Source: Prevotellaceae bacterium
Lineage (GTDB): Bacteria > Bacteroidota > Bacteroidia > Bacteroidales > UBA932
NCBI GenBank assembly: GCA_031275825.1
Contig: JAISOH010000059.1
Coordinates: 1-50,693 of the forward strand
Length of the DNA stretch: 50,693 nucleotides
Reading direction: 5' to 3'
Numbering within the stretch: position 1 is the stretch's first letter; each line of letters opens with the position of its first letter. Below, piece after piece: positions 44,007 to 50,693 of this stretch. Below the pieces are notes generated by a model. The model worked only from the letters and a program-made list of their open reading frames with translations. It did not search any database and had not been told where the DNA came from. The position numbers and the translations under genes are program-made.

Positions 44007-45938
44007 ATGAAAAGAATATTTTTATTTCAAATGTTAATTGCATTGTTTTTATGCAGCAACATCGTATTTGCCCAGGAAACAAATACAAAAGAATACAAAG
44101 AGACGGAAGCGACCGTCAAAAAAGAAATAAAAGAGATGTATGCCAAAGCGTTGAAATCCGAAAAAACAGATAAGGAAGAAGCGATAACCCTGTATAAAGA
44201 GGTTGTTTTGCGAGATTCTGAGTTTGCAGACGCATATTTGAGGCTGGCGTATATTTACGAAAAAGATGTGGATGGGTACGATTCTGCTTCGGCGGCAGTA
44301 TCTTTTTACAAAAAATATCTGGAATTAAAACCAAAAGATTTTAACGCCGAAATGATAAAAGTTAAGATTTTATTGATGGAAGAAAAGTTAAAAAATATTG
44401 ATAAAAATTCCAAAATTGAAGAAACTGTTGTTTTAAAAAGCGTACCGTTTGAAAATACGGACGTTTTCGACAATGTTGATCTTACCGAAGATTATTTGAA
44501 AGGGCGTTGGGTATCAGATTTATTCAGTCTTGACGATGGTCGTGAAACGTGGATAATCGACATAGACGTTGACAGTAAAGAAATAAAGGCTAAAATTTAT
44601 TCCGTATCAGCCATTGCCAGAGCATCGCTCTTACGTTATTTTTCGCAAAATCAAAACGGAAACAGTTATTTGGATGCGCTTGTAACATACAATGCGGATG
44701 TGGCAATAGAAGATGGCGAATTGAACTTTAAATATGAAATAGACCATCATTACAAACCCAAAACAGTTGCGGTAACAAAAGGTGGTTCTTTAATTAAATT
44801 TGTCAATCTGTTTATCAAAGATGGAAGCACAGTTTCTAATCTTTTCAGCAAACTGAACGATTTGGAAGATGGAATTCATGACGCGAAGGCAACCGAATGG
44901 AATGCAAACATAAACAGTATGGAAGTGCATACTAAAGCATTTTATGAATTTAATCTGACACCTGTAAAGGCAGGATTAAAAGGCAGGGTGAAAATATTCA
45001 GGGAGCAGGAAATGGAAAAAGGCAAAAATGTTTTGGTTGATGAAAAAATGGAATGTATTCTGTTTAAGGTTAATCCCGGTTACGCCGGATTTACATTTGC
45101 CAGACCTGTTGAAGATAAGGAAATAATTAAGAGAAAAACAAATACTCATAAAAAGTTGATTGATATTTATACAAAAGAATCGAAAACAGACAGCAATGCT
45201 ATGAATGATTTGGGTTATTTACATTTGAACTGTTTTTACTGGCTTGAAAATTCATCAACTTCAATGCAGTATGATTCTTACTGGAAAAAGGCATTAAGCT
45301 TTTTCGAAGAAGCGGCAAAACAAAACAATACTGTTGCCATGCGAAATCTGGCATTAATGTACAGGAGAGGCTTGGGGCTTAAACAAAGAGATGTTGTCAA
45401 GGCAATATCATTGTACGCAAAGGCAGCCGAACTTGGCGACAGCGACGCAATGACCGAACTTGCGGCTCTTTATCTGGGAAACGAACATACCGATTATGAA
45501 AAAGCAAAAGAATTGTGCAGAAAAGCGGCAGAGCAGGGCAATTCCAATGCACTGTGCGAAATGGGCTGGATGTTTACCGAAGGAATCGGAGTAGCCAAAA
45601 ATTACGCAGTCGCTATGGATTATTATGTAGAAGCAGCCAACAAAGGAAATACCACCGCGCTGAACGCTATTGCCAATGCCTATAAAAACGGTTACGGAAT
45701 TGACAGAAATTATACCGAAGCTTTTAGCCTGTATATGAAATCGGCAAAGCAGGGAGACAGAGATGCAATGTACGAACTGTCGAGCATGTATCTGACAGGA
45801 TTAGGCGTTGAAAAAGATTTTTTTGAAGCAATGAACTGGCGGCGGCGAATGTTCGAAACAGCGATACACAGCCATATAGGAGTATCGATAAGCGCAATAC
45901 CTTATAATTTCATAGTTTATAATAATAACGACCTGTAA
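44007..45938 (+). CDS. secreted TPR / Sel1-like-repeat protein
   Basis: 643 aa with a signal peptide. The C-terminal third holds about 5 Sel1-like units (AMxxLAxMYxxGxGVxxDxxxAxxWYxKAAxxG pattern). Confidence 0.75.
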   Translation: MKRIFLFQMLIALFLCSNIVFAQETNTKEYKETEATVKKEIKEMYAKALKSEKTDKEEAITLYKEVVLRDSEFADAYLRLAYIYEKDVDGYDSASAAVSFYKKYLELKPKDFNAEMIKVKILLMEEKLKNIDKNSKIEETVVLKSVPFENTDVFDNVDLTEDYLKGRWVSDLFSLDDGRETWIIDIDVDSKEIKAKIYSVSAIARASLLRYFSQNQNGNSYLDALVTYNADVAIEDGELNFKYEIDHHYKPKTVAVTKGGSLIKFVNLFIKDGSTVSNLFSKLNDLEDGIHDAKATEWNANINSMEVHTKAFYEFNLTPVKAGLKGRVKIFREQEMEKGKNVLVDEKMECILFKVNPGYAGFTFARPVEDKEIIKRKTNTHKKLIDIYTKESKTDSNAMNDLGYLHLNCFYWLENSSTSMQYDSYWKKALSFFEEAAKQNNTVAMRNLALMYRRGLGLKQRDVVKAISLYAKAAELGDSDAMTELAALYLGNEHTDYEKAKELCRKAAEQGNSNALCEMGWMFTEGIGVAKNYAVAMDYYVEAANKGNTTALNAIANAYKNGYGIDRNYTEAFSLYMKSAKQGDRDAMYELSSMYLTGLGVEKDFFEAMNWRRRMFETAIHSHIGVSISAIPYNFIVYNNNDL

Positions 45939-45940
45939 AA

Positions 45941-47944
45941 ATGAAAGCGTTTTTGAAAATATCTGTTTTATCCTGTTGCCTGATGATTTTATGCACGAAA
46001 CTTGTTACCCAAAGTTATGGTCAAAATATCGTCGGCGAAATATTCAAAACAGTGGGACAATTTAAACAGAACATAACAAACAGTATCAGGAATTACGCCA
46101 ACAGTCTTAAATGGAAAATTACTGCAACGCAGGAAAAAATATACGAATTACAGATACAGGATATGATAACGGTTGATTTACCGGACGAGCAAGCATGTCT
46201 GTCAGTTATTGATCTGTTTAGAGAAGAATGTTCAAAATATCTTGAGAAAGTGAAAAAGAAAGCGGAAAGAAATCTGAAGGAAACGGAAAAAAATCTGAAT
46301 AATGCGCCCAAAGAAGGAAAAGAAGGAAAAAATGCAATAAGAAAAATACGTAATTTAATAGATAAGATTAAAATGCAACAAACACTAGAGGAATTGATTA
46401 AGAGCGGAGCCATCCGGTATAATCCAAAACCGAATCCGTCATATTCTCCTAAACCTCCCGATGAGGAAAACGATCCGCCACAACTCAGAACATATATTGG
46501 CAAGAATACTACAGATATTATTAAAGACAACAAAAATATAGGTATAGCAGGCAAAGAAAGGAATGAAAAAAAAGAAAAGACTGTATTGGCAAATAACCTT
46601 TCAGAAAATAATGACACAAAAAAAATAACGGATAGCGATATCAGGGATATTACGGAAACATGTTTAAGTAAAAAAACATACTCTTCGCTGTGCGATTGTT
46701 TTCGGAACCATTATCAGAGTGCAACTGGCAAAGATAAAATGAGATTGAACCCCAAAGAAAAAGATGTAAAAGAATATAATGATTTTTTGGAGAAAGTATC
46801 AGAAATCAGCGCCAGTATGCATCAAGAACTCAAATATGCAGAGATAGCAATGCTTGCAAACCATGCGTATAATCCAACAAAACCACTGGCAGACGGATGG
46901 GAGCTGATAACCTCTGAAAATTTAAAAAATATTGACGAAACTGTTATTAATTTATTCTTGGAAAAATACAATAAAAAAGAAGATGGAAGCCAATATGACG
47001 GATTTAATGCTCAAATATATTATAACGATAAGACAAATGAATACGTATTATCATTTAGAGGGTCGGAATTTCCTACCAAAGATATGTTAGACTGGGTTAC
47101 CAATTACAGTCAGGCAATAGGATCTGATGAATATAGAAAACAATATGTCAAAGCACAAAACCTGGCATTAATATTACAGAAAACATGCAAGGACTGTAAG
47201 ATTTCAATCACAGGACACTCGCTTGGCGGCGGGCTTGCAAGCGCCGCAGGTTTGGTAACAGGGTTGCCTACCTATACTTTTAACGCGGCAGGTCTGCATA
47301 AAAATACCGTTGATGACTTTGACAATAAAGTAAAAAATTCAAATATCAAGGCGTATTATTCGGATGATGACATACTAAGTCAAGCACAGTATGGAAGATA
47401 TTCAGATATTGTACTATCAAATCCTAAAGTAGCAGGTGCTATTGTTGGAGCAGAATTGTTAGGAGGAAAAGGAACAATAAAAAATATAGTAGATAAAGGA
47501 GGAAAAGGGTTAATAGAGGGAGCACGAGGAGGGTCAGGGAAACAAGCTGCATTAACAGGATTAACAAGATTAATACAAGGAATAAAGCAAGAGTCATCAA
47601 CGAGAACAGGATTAGTAGCAGGAGCAGTAGCAGGAAAACTAATTGAATTATCTGCCGAATTTTCCAATTCTGAATCGGAAACTGTAAAAGGCGAAATATT
47701 AAGGCTTATAGAAGTTGCTGCAGAAGCAGGAATTAATGCGATAACAAATGAATTGGAAGACATAATGGAACAGTTTCATCTGCCGTCTGCCGTTGGAGAA
47801 AGAATAAAAATAGGAACAACAGGACAGGGGCATTTTATGGATGGCCATTTTATGGATGGCATAGAAGACAAATTAAAAAAAGAAAAAGAACTGTTTGAAC
47901 GAAACGTTGATTTACAGCAACAATTAAAAGATTGTATGATATGA
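45941..47944 (+). CDS. secreted alpha/beta-hydrolase, class-3-lipase-like
   Basis: 667 aa with a signal peptide. The nucleophile elbow is ITGHSLGGGLASAAG, preceded by YVLSFRGSE. The gene starts 3 nt after the Sel1 gene stop. It contains a 15-bp perfect tandem duplication (GHFMD GHFMD) at 47831-47860. Confidence 0.7.
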   Translation: MKAFLKISVLSCCLMILCTKLVTQSYGQNIVGEIFKTVGQFKQNITNSIRNYANSLKWKITATQEKIYELQIQDMITVDLPDEQACLSVIDLFREECSKYLEKVKKKAERNLKETEKNLNNAPKEGKEGKNAIRKIRNLIDKIKMQQTLEELIKSGAIRYNPKPNPSYSPKPPDEENDPPQLRTYIGKNTTDIIKDNKNIGIAGKERNEKKEKTVLANNLSENNDTKKITDSDIRDITETCLSKKTYSSLCDCFRNHYQSATGKDKMRLNPKEKDVKEYNDFLEKVSEISASMHQELKYAEIAMLANHAYNPTKPLADGWELITSENLKNIDETVINLFLEKYNKKEDGSQYDGFNAQIYYNDKTNEYVLSFRGSEFPTKDMLDWVTNYSQAIGSDEYRKQYVKAQNLALILQKTCKDCKISITGHSLGGGLASAAGLVTGLPTYTFNAAGLHKNTVDDFDNKVKNSNIKAYYSDDDILSQAQYGRYSDIVLSNPKVAGAIVGAELLGGKGTIKNIVDKGGKGLIEGARGGSGKQAALTGLTRLIQGIKQESSTRTGLVAGAVAGKLIELSAEFSNSESETVKGEILRLIEVAAEAGINAITNELEDIMEQFHLPSAVGERIKIGTTGQGHFMDGHFMDGIEDKLKKEKELFERNVDLQQQLKDCMI

Positions 47945-48172
47945 TACCATCAAAATGATAATGATTCGTTTTTGATAGGATCCTGGTTACCTTGGTAATA
48001 ATGCAAAAGAAGAAAGAAAAAATTTATTCATTATATTAAGGTCAATAATAATTTACAATTAAATTAAACGCAAATGAGTAATAGTCAATGACTTTAAATT
48101 AATTTAAATGTCTATAATTGAAAATATTTATCAGTCCTTATATAATTTAATTGCCGAAGCGGGTTTAAAATT

Positions 48173-48199
48173 AAAAAGCCCTGCAAATACAAGGCTTTT
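48173..48199 (-). terminator. hairpin plus T-run after groEL
   Basis: The minus strand reads AAAAGCCTTGTATTTGCAGGGCTTTTT. The stem AGCC-TG has one mismatch and is followed by T5. Confidence 0.5.
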
Positions 48200-48222
48200 A
48201 ATATAATTTGTTATTATGATTT

Positions 48223-49884
<1,662 letters not shown>

Positions 49885-49901
49885 TTAATAATTAATTTGA
49901 A

Positions 49902-50183
49902 TTAAACTATTGCCAAAATATCGCTTTGTTTCATTATAAGATAATCAACACCATCGATATTAATTTCAGTGCCGGCATATTTTCCATAAAGCACTTCATC
50001 GCCTGTTTTAACTTCCATAACAACATCTTTTGTACCGTTGCCGATAGCAACAATAATTCCGCGTTGCGGTTTTTCCTTTGCCGTGTCGGGAATATAAATT
50101 CCGCTTGCAGTTTTTTCTTCGGCAGCTTTCGGTTCTACTACTACTCTGTCTGCCAATGGTTTAATGTTAATTTGTTTACTCAT
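49902..50183 (-). CDS. groS: co-chaperonin GroES
   Basis: 93 aa. It has [12 protein letters not shown]...[25 protein letters not shown] and lies 41 nt upstream of groEL. Confidence 0.97.
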   Translation of the reverse strand: MSKQINIKPLADRVVVEPKAAEEKTASGIYIPDTAKEKPQRGIIVAIGNGTKDVVMEVKTGDEVLYGKYAGTEINIDGVDYLIMKQSDILAIV

Positions 50184-50693
50184 ATTGATTTTATTTTAAA
50201 TTAATTTTATTTGTTTGTTTATAATTATTTTTTCCTGTTTGGTAAACTATCATAAAGTATGCCAAAGTATTTTCTGACAGAAATACGGAAATTTTTTCAG
50301 GAAATTGCATTTATTTCATGTCAAAAAATGACATATTGTCGGTTTTTGCATATTTCTGCAAAAAAAAGTGAACCATAAGTTCAATCTCATAAAATTGCCT
50401 GCAATAAATTTCAACATTTCCGTATTTTTGCAACAGACATATTTTCAGCATAATATTTATGACAATTAAAATATTGTCAATATTTATTAATAAAATTTTG
50501 CTTTTCGGATAAAACAGCAGAACGCTTACCGATGGTAGCGTTCAATTCGAATAATCTTGCTTGTATGCAATTAAAAAATTTGGTAGTGTCTCAAATTGTA
50601 TGGTTAATTATTTCCATAAATTCCGGTTTTGTAATAAAATTTTTCAATATACATTCCAATAATATTGTCATGTATTTGTTCATTCTTTGAAAA

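Noticed and set aside
46093-47763. Minus-strand ORFs 46093-46617 (174 aa) and 47380-47763 (127 aa)
   Set aside because: They are antisense to the lipase-like gene and consist of Ser/Phe/Leu-rich low-complexity translations of its Lys/Glu-rich regions.

Overview
AT-rich (about one-third GC by eye) chromosomal segment that looks like a Bacteroidota genome. Supporting signs are a T9SS type-B C-terminal sorting domain, a fused SecDF, GLPGLI and CarboxypepD_reg/beta-barrel OMP families, and TAnnTTTG promoter boxes. Housekeeping anchors are tRNA-Arg(CCG), tRNA-Met(CAT), a mannose-1-phosphate guanylyltransferase, secDF and groES-groEL.

The most interesting part is 1905-23505, where every gene is on the minus strand. 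It is a mosaic of three peptide-natural-product-like modules.
- Module C (23067 down to 18729): GG-leader precursor, hairpin, radical-SAM/SPASM enzyme, beta-barrel OMP, then a YcaO stub.
- Module B (18585 down to 7960): a standalone LytTR gene broken at an (AT)6 tract, two unannotated paralogous mini-ORFs (37 and 38 aa), a terminator-like hairpin, a long E. coli-type YcaO, an M48 membrane peptidase, two ABC systems, a GLPGLI protein and an OMP.
- Module A (7661 down to 1905): GG-leader precursor, hairpin, radical-SAM/SPASM enzyme frameshifted in an A9 run, YcaO, OMP.

A roughly 90-140 bp promoter cassette occurs three times, in front of both GG-leader precursors and the LytTR gene. It carries phased direct repeats, a 10-bp palindrome and a TACCTTTG -7 box. 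I know of no described RiPP class that combines an E. coli-type YcaO, a SPASM radical-SAM enzyme, GG-leader peptides and a dedicated OMP, with no E1-like, TfuA, dehydrogenase or C39-ABC partner. All family assignments are by eye from motifs; no searches were run.

The rest of the window contains:
- a T9SS-sorted metzincin;
- IS debris with a REP-like palindrome;
- a fourth orphan OMP paralog;
- an (AC)29 microsatellite upstream of an HU-like/DUF4469-like gene, which is followed by five 23-bp tandem repeats;
- three tandem secreted YD-like-repeat paralogs;
- an LRR protein, a Sel1-repeat protein and a class-3-lipase-like protein.
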